DNA of 64,000 nt from Eledone cirrhosa (GCA_964016885.1 OZ024741.1:105214001-105278000), one strand, 5' to 3'. Positions 45,990-59,882 are shown, numbered from the stretch's first letter. Numbers and translations: made by a program. The notes: generated by a model not told the origin, from the sequence alone.

Positions 45990-47222
45990 CATCCCAATTA
46001 ACAGGGCGATAAGAGGCTTGTTTTGGCGCCGGATGGCAGGAGGACCCCTTGGTTCAATCACGAGGTCAAAGAAGCTATCCGAGCAAAGAAAGCCTACAAA
46101 GCTTGGCTTGGAAATAAGTGCTACTTCTTGCACAGGCTGCACAAGCAGGCACGAAGAATCGCAACAGAGACAGTAAAGGCGTCCAAAATTCAAACATCGG
46201 GGTACTTTGAGGTTAAGTTGGAATCCGACTTCAGATCAGCAAATAAAGTTTTCTGGCAGACCATCTGCCGACTTCATAATAAGAAGCCCTCCTCCACACC
46301 TGCTTTTAAGAACGCGTCTGGGGTTCTCCTCTCTTCAGAGAGTTACATCCTTGTGAGGGGGAGGGAGAATACTTTGCTGATCTCCTAAACCCGATCACAA
46401 TAGCATCTTTTCATGTACACCAAGTGCATCAAGGAGCGATGACTAATCTCTCAGAGGTTGAGGTCACAAGATCAATTAAAGAGCTCAAATGTGGTAAGGC
46501 CATTGGGGAGGATGAAATTCGGCCTGAGATGTTAACAGTCTTAAATATAGAAGGTATTTTCTGGCTGACTCGTATATGCCGGGTGGCCTGGATCTCTGGA
46601 AAGGCACCTAAGTAGAGGCAATCGAGAGTCATAATCCCAAATTTCAAACAAGGACACAAGAGGGATTATTCCAATTATAGAGGGATCTCCTTGTTAAGCC
46701 TCCCTGGTAAAGTCTATGCTAAGTGTCTGGCAAAGAGATGTAGGGAGATTGTCAAATCCAAGCTAGCTGATGAACAGTGTGGTTTTTGCCCCGGACGCAG
46801 CACAGCCAACCAAATATTCACACTGTGCCAGGTCTTTGAGCAATCATTGGAATACTACCAAGAGGTATATTCTTGCTTTGTAGACATCGAAAAGACATAT
46901 GACCTCGTTCCACAGGACCTGCTGTGTAAGATTCTGCAGGAGTATGGGATCAATGGTTAGCTTCTCGTTGCCCTGATGTCTATATACGAATGTGCGAGTA
47001 TTTGTGTTCGGATAACTGGTGCTAGATCGAAACCATTTAATGTGGGAGTCAGACTCCACCAATGGTGTGTATTCTTACCTCTCCTGTTAATTATTTTCTT
47101 GGACAGGATTGACATGCGCAACCGGGTTGGATCTGGTATCTCGACTGATCAGTCAGCTAGAATTTGCAGACGACGTGTTATTACTTAACTCGACAGAAGG
47201 TGTTCTCCGACTTGCACTTGAT
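45990..47222 (+). mobile_element. Decayed RTE-clade (Expander/Rex3-like) LINE RT fragment
   Basis: TPWFNHEVKEAI, GEDEIRPEML, YRGISLLSLPGKVY, EQCGFCPGRSTANQIFTL, FVDIEKTYD, VGVRLHQWCVFLPLL, FADD. Confidence 0.9.
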
Positions 47223-47457
47223 ATCTATATTTATGTTTATATCTTTAACTGTTGGTCAATCAATGATAAGCCTTGATTACCAGCTAAATTATTTATGGAA
47301 ATATAAAAATATATCATAGAACTGAAGCAAAAACCAAACCAAACAGTGAGTGTGTTTTACTATTTTTTGGCAATATTAGGACATGACACTCCCCAAATAT
47401 AACAGATTGAGCAATGTTAGCCTTTTCCCGTTTTCACATCAATTGATTTTTTACTGA

Positions 47458-47502
<45 letters not shown>

Positions 47503-47554
47503 GGGAGAGAGAGAGAGAGAGAGAGAAGCACAGGGGTATATTTAAAGACGTTTT

Positions 47555-47770
47555 TTCTTTAATCCAACAGAATAAATATTTTTATAATCGTTACACTAAA
47601 TGAATTTATTTTTGTCAAATATAAACGACGAGTTTTCAGAATACTTATCTACCAAATGTTTTGTGGGTGAATTTAGTAGATAAGTATTCTTATCGCTGTT
47701 TATATTTGGCAAAACTTAAATTCATTTAATCTAACAATTAAAACAGTCTTTATTCTGTCGGATTAACAAA
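47555..47770. repeat. Diverged palindrome centred near 47663
   Basis: agaatacttatctaccaaat / atttagtagataagtattct, plus outer arms. Confidence 0.7.
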
Positions 47771-48229
47771 ACAATTAATTTTAAATAAACCTGTGCTTTT
47801 CCACTTTTACTTTTTACCTATTATCTTCGATTTATATGGAACTTTGCCCGATTTTTCAACTGTATCAGCCTTTGCCTTTCCCTTGGACAACATTGGTGCC
47901 GTGGAGAGGGAAGACTGGTATTCATGGGTGACTGCTGATCTTCCACAAACAACCTTGCCTGGACTTGTACCTTGGATGGGAACTTTCTAGGTACAAATCC
48001 CATGGTCATTCGTGACCGAAGTGGGTCTTTATCTTATATAAATATATTCACACATACACACACGTATATGTAAGTATGTGTGTGTATGTGTGTGTGTATG
48101 AGTGGGTGTGTGCCAAGAATTGCACAAGAACAAGAAAAAAGAAAAACAAATACAGAGAACAGGGAACGAGGTAAAATAGATATAAAACATCTGGTTCCCT
48201 CGTCGATTGGGTAAACTATCGTATTTTAC

Positions 48230-48939
48230 ACATATGTCTGTGACGTATCTGTAAATGAGCGTGTGTCGGTGATGTGTCTATATGTGTGTGTGTATCTGTG
48301 GGGTATACGTATCTGTGTGGCTCTGTGACTGTCAGTGACGTGTCTATATATGTGTGTGAGTGACTTATCTATATATGAGTGTGTGTAAGTGGCGTATATA
48401 ATATATATGTATGTGTGTGTGTCTGTGATGTATATGTGTACATATGTCTCTGTGTGTGACGTAATTATACATGTGTAGGTGTCTGTGACGTATATGTATC
48501 AGTGTGTCTGTGTGTGATGTATCTATATATGTGTGTGTGTGTGTGTCAGTGACGTATATGTATCAGTGTGTCTGTGTGTGACGTATCTATATATATGTGT
48601 GTGTGTGTGTCAGTGACGTATATGTATCAGTGTGTCTGTGTGTGACGTATTTATATATGTGTGTGTGTGTGTGTGTCGTATATGTATCAGTGTGTCTGTG
48701 TGTAACGTATTTATATATGTGTGTGTGTGTCGTATATGTATCAGTGTGTCTGTGTGTGACGTATCTATATATGTGTGTGTGTGTCAGTGACGTATATGTA
48801 TCAGTGTGTCTGTGTGTGACGTATCTATATATGTGTGTGTGTGTGTCGTATATGTATCAGTGTGTCTGTGTGTGACGTATTTATATATGTGTGTGTGTCA
48901 GTGACGTATATGTATCAGTGTGTCTGTGTGTGACGTATC

Positions 48940-49002
<63 letters not shown>

Positions 49003-49110
49003 TATATGTATCAGTGTGTCTGTGTGTGACGTATTTATATATGTGTGTGTCAGTGACGTATATGTATCAGTGTGTCTGCGTGTGACGTATCTATATATGT
49101 GTCTGTGATG
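48230..49110. repeat. GT-rich minisatellite, unit ~45-55 bp
   Basis: Repeated gtcagtgacgtatatgtatcagtgtgtctgtgtgtgacgtat(c/t)tatatat. Confidence 0.9.
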
Positions 49111-49892
49111 TCTATTTCATTATTTGCTGAATAAATCAATGATTATCGAAATATAATTTCGATACTTGACTATATTCCATTGACTTTTATCAATACACCT
49201 ACTACATTTATTATTACCCTTCTCTATTCCATATAAATTATCGATAGCCAGTGTAATAATAGCAGCACTTTGTATAAAGTTAATCAACAATATGACAGTC
49301 GCTGTCTGAAGAAATCACACCTTTGAATCTGCTGTTCTGCTGTTCTAGTGTTCTGTTGTTCTCCTGTTCTATTGTTCAGCTGTTCTGATGTTCTGTTATT
49401 CTGATGTTCTGATAGTCTCGTCTTCTGCTCGTCAAATTGAACAGACGATCATTAAATTTTTTCTTTTATCGAATAGACAAAATTTATTCAAAAGCAAAAA
49501 TAAACTTTATTTAGTAAGAAAAAAATAAAAAGAATGGGATACAAAAGGAAAGAAAGAATAGGGAAATATAGAAAAAGAAAAGAGAGAAAAAAAGAAGAAA
49601 AAGATCGGGAAAGGGAGGGAAGATGCGATGGGGGAGGGTGATTGAGTTTGGAACAGAATTAGATAAAAGGAGGCTGGGTAAGAGAGAGAGTAACAGTCAG
49701 AAAGCGAGAGAGGCAAACAGACAGAGACTGAGAAGGAGAGAGACAGAAAGAAGCAGAGAGAGACAGACAGCCAAACAGTCAGACAGACAGAGTGGGAATA
49801 CAAAAAAAGTTTTTTTGTTTAAAGCAACAGAATGTTAACTATAACACTAATGTGTCTAGTATTCATTGACAAATGCCTTCTTCTTCTTCCTC

Positions 49893-49929
<37 letters not shown>

Positions 49930-50068
49930 TCTTCTTCTTCTTCTTCTTCTTCTTCTTCTTCTTCTTCTTCTTCTTCTTGGTGGTGGTGGTTGGACAAAGA
50001 CTTGGAAGTCATAAATACCTATATAAGTTGTATTGTATTTTTGATTTTGCTTTGTTTTTGTTTTTCAG

Positions 50069-50117
50069 AGAGATGCAATATCCCGAAGACAAGAAGATCC
50101 CCTGAGCAGAGAAATAG
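50069..50117 (+). CDS. Candidate 49-nt upstream exon of the CRHBP-like gene (RDAISRRQEDPLSREI, phase 0 to 1)
   Basis: Strong acceptor tttgtttttgtttttcag and donor AG|gtaagt; splices in frame (G+CT = Ala) to exon 60175. No homology support. Confidence 0.55.
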
Positions 50118-50165
50118 GTAAGTAAATAGTAAATACAGTGGACTCTTAGACGTTGTTTATATATA

Positions 50166-50234
50166 CAGGGTGTCCAAAAAGAATGTATATACACTTCAAC
50201 AGCATTCTAATCAAAGTGTGTTTTGGGGACACCC

Positions 50235-50236
<2 letters not shown>
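50166..50236. mobile_element. Tc1/mariner-type MITE
   Basis: TIR cagggtgtcc(a/c)aaaa ... ttttggggacaccctg; a relative lies at 62945-63044. Confidence 0.7.
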
Positions 50237-50296
<60 letters not shown>

Positions 50297-50346
50297 AAGA
50301 ATGAAGAGTAACATGATTGGCTGTACAACAAGGGGCTTTATTTCAG

Positions 50347-50456
50347 GTATTGACAATTGTTTCACTGATCAGGTCGTCTAGAGGGCGCTAATCGCTCGAA
50401 GTTGCGTCACTCGATCTCCATTACATTATTTACCACTGACCAACTCATCAGAATAC
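50347..50456 (-). ncRNA. Complete type I hammerhead with extended stem II
   Basis: gtatt CTGATGA gttggtca...tgatcagt GAAAC aatt GTC aatac. The mirrored copy at 51686-51796 is mutated (CTGATCA). Confidence 0.8.
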
Positions 50457-51035
50457 AAAAACAATTCGCTCAAGGCAGGTTATATAGAGAGAAATAACGT
50501 ATAATCAAAACAATAACATTAATAATAAAATATATATGATAAATAGGTAGAGAAGTTACAGATGTAAAAAGTAAAGAGTAAAAGATAAGAAAAAAGATAC
50601 AGTAAAAAGGTAAGAAAATGGAAAAATATAAAGAAATAGGATAAGTGAGAGCATGTAAGTACAAACTATGATAGTGGTGGTGGTGAGTAAGTGTTTGTAT
50701 AAGGATTATGTGGTGGGTTTAGTGCTAACATGAAAAGTCATATTCGAAACATACATAGATACGTGTAGAGAGTCTGAGGTAGTGACAGATAAAAGAAAAA
50801 GCAATAAATTAGAGATTAATTGGGAGATACTAGTATGAGATTTAAGGGCTAAGGGTGGATGGTGAAGGGAGGTTTGACAAATGTGTGTGGTAAATGTTTT
50901 GCTGATTGTCTTATCTTAATGGGGTTGGTGCTGTTTCAGGGAGAGAGGGTGAAAGAGATGTTAAGAGATTTATGATCTAGTGACCAGTTGGTCGTTTGAC
51001 AGCTAATAGCGGTGTGATGGTGTATATTCCATACG

Positions 51036-51500
51036 TTAAAATCCAGGTGGTTCAGTTCTAATAATTTTGGGATTGCAATTTGTGAAATTGGTAGCTATTT
51101 TATGCCTACAGAAAATTGATCTTTTTATTTTGCTGTTAAGCAGCATCTTATCGTACCTTAAAATATGGAATAGCTCCATATTACAAAGTCCGCAGTGGGA
51201 TATCCCATTTTTGTAGGCCCTTGCTACCGATAATTTTGACCAGCTAATCCTATATTCCTGGTTTGTGTTTTTAAGCTGCCAGATTTTATTGGCGAACGTC
51301 GTAGAGTTCTCCAGTCTACGGTTCTTCATGGAGTGTCTGTGGACGAACCACCTTTTCTTGAACTCCCCTGTCGTGGAACTATGTAGTGCCAAGTAGAGTT
51401 GCCTGAATTTACAGTACACAGGTACACCATACTCGAATCTAGGCATCTATTTTGCAGTGGGCACTTATCCGGTAGGTGGCAATTACAGTTGGAGGCTTTT
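51036..51500 (-). pseudogene. Penelope-like GIY-YIG fragment
   Basis: NCNCHLPDKCPLQNRC, then TTGEFKKRWFVHRHS..FANKIWQLK..ISWS..ARAY..CGLCNME..CRH. Confidence 0.85.
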
Positions 51501-52133
51501 CTGTGAGCAGGTTCTCCGTTGCGGTTTTGTATGTTGTGGGTGGGTTGAGATTTAGGCCTATTAATTTTTACTTTTTACATCTGTAACTTCTCTACCTATT
51601 TATTATATATATTTTATTATTGATGTTATTGTTTTGATTATACGCTATTTCTCTATATATAACTTGCCTTGAGCGAATTGTTTTTGTATTCTGATCAGTT
51701 GGTTAGAGGTAAATAATGTAATAGAGATCGAGTGACGCAACTTCGGGCGATTAGCGACCTCTAGACTCACCTGATCAATGAAATAATTGTCAATACCTGA
51801 AATAAAGCCCCTTGTTGTACAGCCAACCATGTTACTCTTCATTCTTTCACTATTATTACTCAAAGTATAAACTACATAGGAATTACCGCGAACCCGCTGC
51901 CTAACTATGAAAACAACTTGTTGAGTTAAACAAAGCCGTATGCTAAAACTATCCACGACGCAGAGTACTCACAACCTCTAACTGGATTACCTATAACGAG
52001 AACTTGTTACCCTGTATATATATATATTTGAGGAAACAACATGACACTTCGGAACTGGGCATATCAACGAAATGACGGAGGTAAACTTTGTTCGACCATT
52101 ATGTTTTCCTGTTTTTACTGTTCAAGTTATAAC

Positions 52134-52188
52134 TGCCTGATGAGGTCATAGCTGTTGAATAATGGCTATCACTGAAATATATATAGCA
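52134..52188 (+). ncRNA. Type I hammerhead-like motif
   Basis: tgc CTGATGA ggt-c-atagctgtt gaat aatggctat-c-act GAAAT atat ATA gca. Confidence 0.65.
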
Positions 52189-52309
52189 ACGAATATGAAT
52201 AAACGAAGTTAATTTTAACCTGTTGACTTACACTTCTTATTTGTGTATATATATATATATATATATATATGCTATAAATGAGAATGTATTTGTGTATCTG
52301 TGGTGCTAC

Positions 52310-52512
52310 TGGTGGTAGTGGTGGTGGTAGTGGTGGTGGTGGTGATGGTGGTAGTAGTAGTAATAATGGTAGTAGCGGTGGTGGTGGTGATGGTGGTAGT
52401 AGTAGTAATAATGGTGGTAGTGGTGGTGGTGGTGATGGTGGTAGCAATAGTAATTATGGTGGTGGGGCGGTAGTTGTAGTAATGGTGATAGTGGTAGTGG
52501 AGGTGGTGGCGC

Positions 52513-52568
<56 letters not shown>
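52310..52568. repeat. (GGT/AGT)n trinucleotide tract
   Basis: Seen directly. Confidence 0.95.
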
Positions 52569-52569
52569 A

Positions 52570-53470
52570 GATATTTTAGACAAACTCTCCCAGTCATTCC
52601 AAAAGGCAATAGGGTTGATTAAGTCGGAGTGTGTTTGGACAAATCGACACTTTGGACTTCCATCAAAGTCTTGAAGCTCGCTACAAACATGAAGGCATAT
52701 CTTGGTGGAGATGAACAATCAGAACAGTTCGCCCAGAATCTATTAATGCTTGGGTAAGGAACACTTCCTGTAGATAGCAAGGGAACTATTGATGTAAGTC
52801 CCATAGGTGCGATGGTGGAATCATTATTCCATCTCATAGAAAAAGATTTTCCCTAATCTTGAATATCAGTTCGCTAGTCACAAGTGGCTCAATGAAAGGG
52901 CTATATTGACTCCGAAAAACGTGACTGGGAAATTGGTAAATTAAAAGCTGTTAAAAAGAATTCGGAAGGTTCCGAAGCTCTATCGATCTGTTGACATTGT
53001 GGTGGAACAGTCGGAAGCTGCCAATTACCCGACAGAGTTCCTCAACTCTTTAGAACCATCAGAAATGCCTCCACATGAGAATCCATCATGTTATTGAGGA
53101 ATCTGGACTCAACAGAGCGATGCAAAGGCATTAGATTGGTTGTTAAAAATATGCATCCACACGTGATTCAAACCACCATTTCAACAGGATGTGGCAGTGG
53201 AGAGGATGTGTTCGTTACAAGAATTCCTCTTACCCTCACTGATGTCCCATTTCAATTCAAACGACATCAATTTCCAGTGAATCTTAGTTTTGCCATTACC
53301 ATCAACAAATCACAAGGCAAAACATTTTAGGTCACCGGTTTACACGTTGAAGAGTCCTGCTTCACCCATGGTCAACTTTACGTTGGATGTTCAAGAGTAG
53401 GAAATCAAAAACATTTTTACATCTATGCACCAGATGGAAAAGCAATAAACATTGTTTATACAAACATTAT
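52570..53470 (+). mobile_element. Decayed Helitron PIF1-like helicase fragment
   Basis: [78 protein letters not shown]. Confidence 0.92.
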
Positions 53471-54196
53471 AAATTAACCCAATTAATAAAGAAATCTGTC
53501 TTCATCAAGGTGACTATCCATCAGGGAAGACATGGTCTGACATGGAATAAAAAAAAAATGAAATGGTGGCGTGGAGAGAGATAAAGAGATAAAGATGGAA
53601 TGGAACATGCTTCAGAGAACGCGATCCTACACGAAGTAGGCTTTAAATATTCTTTATTATGGCTAAATGATGAGTCTTGTTACTCTGGGGTTTCTCCTGT
53701 GTACTCACAGAATCATCAGACAAAAGCCCGAACTGTTATTGCAGTATTCTGAAGTGAAATCTGCGGTTTACACGATTACTGGTCATCTTACTTAGGCCTG
53801 TCACTAGATAATAATCACTAAGACTTAGGGAGTGGCACTCGTGTTGTACCAACACGTTTTTCGATCCTCTCATCTGTCATTCAACTTGTCCAGCCAAATG
53901 CAAGCCAGGACTCTGAATTCTTTGCACCCTACAGACATTGCTCCTATTGCTGTAGCTATTGTGGTGACACGTGAATTTGTGCCAATGAAATACCACCACC
54001 TCCATAGTGGGATGTAATATAGGCATGAGCAGTCACGGTTCCGCAGTCACCTGTGCTGAATTCCTATGCTGGAGTGTCGCTAGTACCTGGTAGGTGAGGT
54101 CTTGATCTTACCATGCTGGTGTACTCTAATGATAGTGATAGAATCGAGGGATCTCAGGTGATGGCAATCATATATGACGATGAAGCAATCATCGTA

Positions 54197-54261
<65 letters not shown>

Positions 54262-54362
54262 CGATGAAATACCAATGATGGTTGGAAAATCACTGACGAA
54301 GGACTATTTTTATCATATGTAGCACATGTGCAAACCACGCAGTATTCTTCTTTCTTCTCATG

Positions 54363-54416
<54 letters not shown>

Positions 54417-54417
<1 letters not shown>

Positions 54418-54824
54418 GAGGGCAATCCAAAAAGTAAGGTCTCCTTCTGATATTGCAACTTCCGATATTGCAACTTTTCCGTTAAAATCCTGTGGATGGT
54501 GCTTCGGGAAACTCCAGGAACCAAAATGCAGAGAGCATCCAGAGTGATCCGCCGATATTTACGCATGTTTTCCTCGGAAGGAGACCTTACTTTTGGGATT
54601 GCCCTCTATATAATAACTGCGCGAAATTCGCACTTGGCGGTAGCGTTCAGTGGGAGCTCCATTCTCAACGGCTGCCAAGCCAAGATTGAGCATCGCAGCG
54701 AAGCGTGCGCATGCTTGTTTGGGAGTGAAGGAAGCACCAATCACAACAGTGTTGCCAACAGCCGTACGAACAGTTTCTCTGCGTCCCCATCGCTTTGGAG
54801 ACCTTACTTTTGGGATTACCCTTG
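54417..54824 (-). mobile_element. Internally deleted mariner element with TA-flanked TIRs and an extra internal TIR (54580-54607)
   Basis: TA-cgagggcaatccaaaaagtaaggtctcc ... ggagaccttacttttgggattacccttg-TA; residual transposase HTH VSRSTIHRILTEKLQYRK. Confidence 0.85.
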
Positions 54825-54851
54825 TATATATATATATATATATATATATAT

Positions 54852-55068
54852 ACCAGTCTCCCATCTCTACGCCACTGATGTTGTCCAAGAGAAAGGCAAT
54901 GGCCGATACAGCTTGGCATCAGTGACGTCGCAACTCATTTCTACAGCTTGAGCGAACCAGAGCAATGTGAAATAAAGTGTCTAGCTCAAGGAAACAACGC
55001 ACCACCCATTCTGGAAAACGAACTCACAACCTCACGATTGTAAGCCCCAACATTAAGCCACGCGCCAT
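54852..55068 (-). mobile_element. Second tRNA-derived SINE family (Meta/V-SINE-like core)
   Basis: The minus strand reads ggcgcgtggcttaatg..gagttcg..ttgtttccttgagctagacactttatttcac; a relative lies at 60730-60838. Confidence 0.7.
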
Positions 55069-55117
55069 CACACGCACACAAACACACACTAACACACACA
55101 CATACACACACACACAC

Positions 55118-55157
<40 letters not shown>

Positions 55158-55612
55158 AGAGAAAAACCAGCAAAGATGGGTATAAGAAAAAGCATGACAA
55201 ATATTCGTGGTTATGTATACTAATATTTATTATATTTTTGTACGGGAGTAAGTATATAAATGACGATTTACAGCCAGCCGATGGGGGAAAATATGTGAGG
55301 AAGGATTACATATTTCCCTGCCGCTAACTAAAACACCCTCACTTCCCGCTGGCTATTTAATTACTTCAAGTTGTATCCGTGCTTAGAAAGCATATTATTT
55401 CATCTACTTTAGATATGGTGTACTGTGTAATGTTACAGTAGTCAAATAATGTGATCACAACTAATCTATATATTCCGTTTGAAGTTGCTGTTCAAAGATA
55501 TATGCTGTAAATTTTCATATAAATTTTTTCTTCTTATCATACATAATGTACACCCACATTCACACCTCTACCCCACCACATTATATATATATATATATAT
55601 ATTTATACATAT

Positions 55613-55689
<77 letters not shown>

Positions 55690-55746
55690 ATATACATACA
55701 TACAAACACACATATATATATATATATATATTAACTACAATGCTTT

Positions 55747-55813
<67 letters not shown>

Positions 55814-56270
55814 ATATACATACATACAAACACACACATATATATATATATATTAACTGCAATGCTTTTCAGCACAAATAATTGGGAGAACTTAATACAA
55901 AGCCAAATGAAATAATTATACATTAGTACAGTACAATTAGATTGGTACTTCAGGTTTCACCATGCGAATTGCATTTTACAAATTTATCAGAATATGTTAG
56001 TCTCCTCAGGCTAAAAAAATTTAGTAATATGTATGGGTATGTATCTCTCTGTCACTTTCCCTCGCTATCTATAAGAGAATGATCAGGCCTGCTTCTCGAA
56101 GAAAGAATTACGGAGTAAAGACTTATTCTGAAAGCGAAAAACTTTTACAATTTGATGACTGCTTATCGAAGAAATTTTTTTCTCTAGGGCTGAATCTTTC
56201 TTTTCAAACAATAGACCTACAGCTTGCTTTTCAAAGAAGGAAATTTGTTAGCCGAAGGAAGTTATACACA

Positions 56271-56333
<63 letters not shown>

Positions 56334-56381
56334 GTGTGTGTGTGTGCGCGCGCGCATATATACATACATATATATATACGT

Positions 56382-56738
56382 ATTAATAAAAACAATGAAA
56401 TAAAAGCAAAGAACAAGTTACTTATATTAAAAAATTCAGCATTTTACGATTATGTGTTGGTTTGTATATCATGTTAAGATCTATGTAAAAATATTACAAA
56501 TTATCATAGAAAATATACATACCTTCACATATACATGCCGTCCTCAGAAATCATTTCTGAGGACGGCGTGTATATGTGAAGGTATGTATATTTTCTCTGA
56601 TAATTTGTAATATTTTTACATAGATCTTAAAATGATATACAAACCAACACACATATACATCCCAGAAACGATCGTAAAATGATGATTTTTTTATATAAGG
56701 AACTTGTCCTTTGTTTATATTTCATTGTTTTTATTAAT
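56382..56738. mobile_element. Fold-back element centred near 56552
   Basis: gccgtcctcagaaa-tca-tttctgaggacggc centre; ~170-bp arms. Confidence 0.88.
56551..56682 (+). ncRNA. Type I hammerhead with ~100-nt stem II region
   Basis: tcattt CTGAGGA cgg-c-gtgtatatgtg...cacatatacat-ccca GAAAC gatc GTA aaatga. Confidence 0.72.
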
Positions 56739-56993
56739 TTATCTCGACTCTGTCTTCCTATGACTTTTACGGTAAATTTTTGAATGCATCTTCTCTTTTT
56801 ATGATATCTTCTATATTGGGATTACATTGAGTTCTTCATACGGATTGGACACTACCGTATATTTTGGTAGATTTATCTACATACATATGGTGCGTGTGTT
56901 TCTTATTGGCAACATGACCCTCCCAAAGTATAACAATATCGGTTTCAACACACGATTTCAGATAAAGAATCTTGCTAAACAAATTCAGAAACG

Positions 56994-57039
<46 letters not shown>

Positions 57040-57043
<4 letters not shown>

Positions 57044-58930
57044 TATACAAGTATCAAAGTTATTTTCAAATCCTTTAATCGCTGACAATTGTTTCTTTCA
57101 AACTTTAGATTGGAGTCATCGGAGCATTATCAATGTTTGTACATATAATTAACCTCCTATTCAACTGAAGAATCATATAGATACATATATATTGATGTTG
57201 TGAACAACAGTTTAGTATATATATATAGGGTGTAATGGATGCGACATATATTATACGAGAATTGTACAATAATTCAAATTAAGATTAAAATTAAAGTTAA
57301 AAATTAAAGTTAAAATTAAAAGCACAGAGTGGAATACATGCGACAGATAATACAAGAGAATAGTCTAATAATTAAAGAGGCATTGAGAAAGAAGTATTCA
57401 AGAGCGTGTAGAGATTGTACATGCGTTAGTCATATATATGGGAAGGAAACAAGCAAATGTATTAGGCATATATGAGTACTCTATGACAAGGTATTACATA
57501 AAATACAAGCACTTTAAGCGAATATGTTAGTGTATTATGGAGGATGTAAGGCGATGATAGTTTCTGAATTCATCACCACCATTAACACTTCAGCTCTAAG
57601 ACTTTCCTTCCCCCACAGCATCACACTCTTTGATCTGCTCTTTCCTCTACACAAATCCATTTATCTCTAACATTATACTCTAGTTACCATCTTTAATATA
57701 AATACTTTAGATTACTTATAATATATACAGTAATTGAAATATAATATAATATGTATAGACATTAAATGTAATATGTAACAATGAATTATATATACATTTA
57801 TAATTAAATGTATAAATTAATAACATTGTATATAAAGGATCAATTTATTAACATAAGGGATTTATCTAATTTAACATGTAAACAGCTATACATTATTCCA
57901 TATCTTGCCAAATATTGGGTAGATAACAATCTAATGAAACCTTTAATATATTATGAGAGAGTAGACTGTATTTCAAATTAAATATAAATATATAACATTT
58001 TGTATAAGGGATTCAATTGTGACACTATATAATGTCTATTAGAGCAAAGAATTAAATATTATAATGAGCTAGTTACCTCCCCTTACGTATTAGCTCCTCT
58101 TAGTTCCGTATCCACTTCCGGATATTAAACCGGTGAAAAATCTCGCTGTAGAACACCTCTAATCCATGAATATGAATACAATAAGACCAAGTTACAATCC
58201 ATTACTATAACTAACTAAAAACATTCAATACAAACATTAACTAAAATATAACTTAACATATGTAATAGATGAGAAATCAGTAACTTTTATATTCTACACA
58301 CATACAAATTTGAACTATACAGAAACTATCATCGCTTTACATCCTCCATAATACACTAACATATTCGCTTAAAGTGCTTGTATTTTATGTAATACCTTGC
58401 CATACAGTACTCTTATATGCCTAATACATTTGCTTGTTTCCTTCCCATATATATGACTAACGCATGTACAATCTCTACACGCTTGAATACTTCTTTCTCA
58501 ATGCCTCTTTAATTATTAGACTATTCTCTTGTATTATATGTCGCATGTATTCCACTCTGTGCTTTTAATTTTAACTTTAATTTTTAACTTTAATTTTAAT
58601 CTTAATTTGAATTATTGTACAATTCTCGTATAATATATGTCGCATCCATTACACCCTATATATATACTAAACTGTTGTTCACAACATCAATATATATGTA
58701 TCTATATGATTCTTCAGTTGAATAGGAGGTTAATTATATGTACAAACATTGATAATGCTCCGATGACTCCAATCTAAAGTTTGGAAGAAACAATTGTCAG
58801 CGATTAAATGATTTGAACATAACTTTGATACTTGTGTAATTTATATTCCTGCTCTGTAAAACAACTGATGTTCTTACATTGAGTTATTTCTCTTACTGGC
58901 AATAAGGTAGTAATAAATTACTGACCTTTC
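57040..58930. mobile_element. Inverted-repeat element: ~525-bp arms 57040-57566 and 58320-58842, plus tail
   Basis: Near-identical reverse-complement arms; (TA)n flanks. Confidence 0.9.
58754..58806 (+). ncRNA. Hammerhead-like motif with CCGATGA core (mirror at ~57077-57128 on -)
   Basis: aatgct CCGATGA c-tccaa tctaaag tttgga a GAAAC aatt GTC agcgatt. Confidence 0.6.
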
Positions 58931-59011
58931 CTGTTTATAGTTGTTTATAGTATAGTATATACATACTTATAAATAGTATCTTTATTATTATATATATATA
59001 TATATATACTG

Positions 59012-59882
59012 TATATAAAATCAAGGGAATGTAAATATAGAAAAAATCTTTAAAATAAATTTTAATAAATTCACTGTACTTACTATATGTTCCCTTACCG
59101 CAGTTTCAAATCCCAAACAAATAGATTCCAAACTGGCGCCACTCCAAACTGCCTCAGAATGAGAGCAAATGAATGATAAAGCAGTTTTGTCATAGTACCG
59201 TGTGCAAAGGCAAAAGCACGGTGGACAAGTCAATCCTCTACTGATAAAAATAGCAGCCATTCAGACGACTAAAAGTTTCTCTACGATTGGGGAGAATAAT
59301 AATAAAAGTATAATTAATGCACACAGGGATACAAGTAGTCCCACCATATGCCAGTGTGGTTCAATGGCAAGTTAATAAATTAACAAGCCAGAACATATAA
59401 AATCAAGGGAATGTAAATATAGAAAAAATCTTTAAAATAAATTTTAATAAATTCACTGTACTTACTATATGTGCCCTTACCGCAGTTTCAAACCCCAAAC
59501 AAATAGATTCCAAACTGGCGCCACTCCAAACTGCCTCAGAATGAGAGCAAATGAATGATAAAGCAGTTTTGTCATAGTACCGTGTGCAAAGGCAAAAGCA
59601 CGGTGGACAAGTCAATCCTCTACTGATAAAAATAGCAGCCATTCAGACGACTAAAAGTTTCTCTACGATTGGGGAGAATAATAATAAAAGTATAATTAAT
59701 GCACACAGGGATACAAGTAGTCCCACCATATGCCAGTGTGGTTCAATGGCAAGTTAATAAATTAACAAGCCAGAACATATAAAATCAAGGGAATGTAAAT
59801 ATAGAAAAAATCTTTAAAATAATTTTTTTTAAATTCACTGTACTTACTATATGTGCCCTTACCGCGGTTTCAAATCCCAAAC
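59012..59882 (-). repeat. 382-bp tandem repeat (~2.3 units) with one HHR-derived motif per unit (retrozyme-like)
   Basis: ORFs at 59021 and 59403 are offset by 382. Each unit has GAAAC tgcg GTA aggg on the minus strand. Confidence 0.85.

Larger units (their letters stand above)
50291..52013. mobile_element. Family D Penelope-like element (minus strand) with inverted tail: arms 50291-50575 and 51566-51852, tail to 52013
   Basis: Reverse-complement arms; GIY-YIG fragment inside; (TA)n flanks. Confidence 0.88.

Noticed and set aside
48230-49110. Regularly spaced repeats resembling a CRISPR array
   Set aside because: The spacers are only variable (GT)n, the context is eukaryotic and there are no cas genes.
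52169-52622. Gly-rich / Pro-rich ORFs
   Set aside because: (GGT)n microsatellite; only the last few codons belong to the Helitron remnant.
55940-56015. Minus-strand CTGAGGA...GAAAC..GTA
   Set aside because: Stem I does not pair; degenerate.
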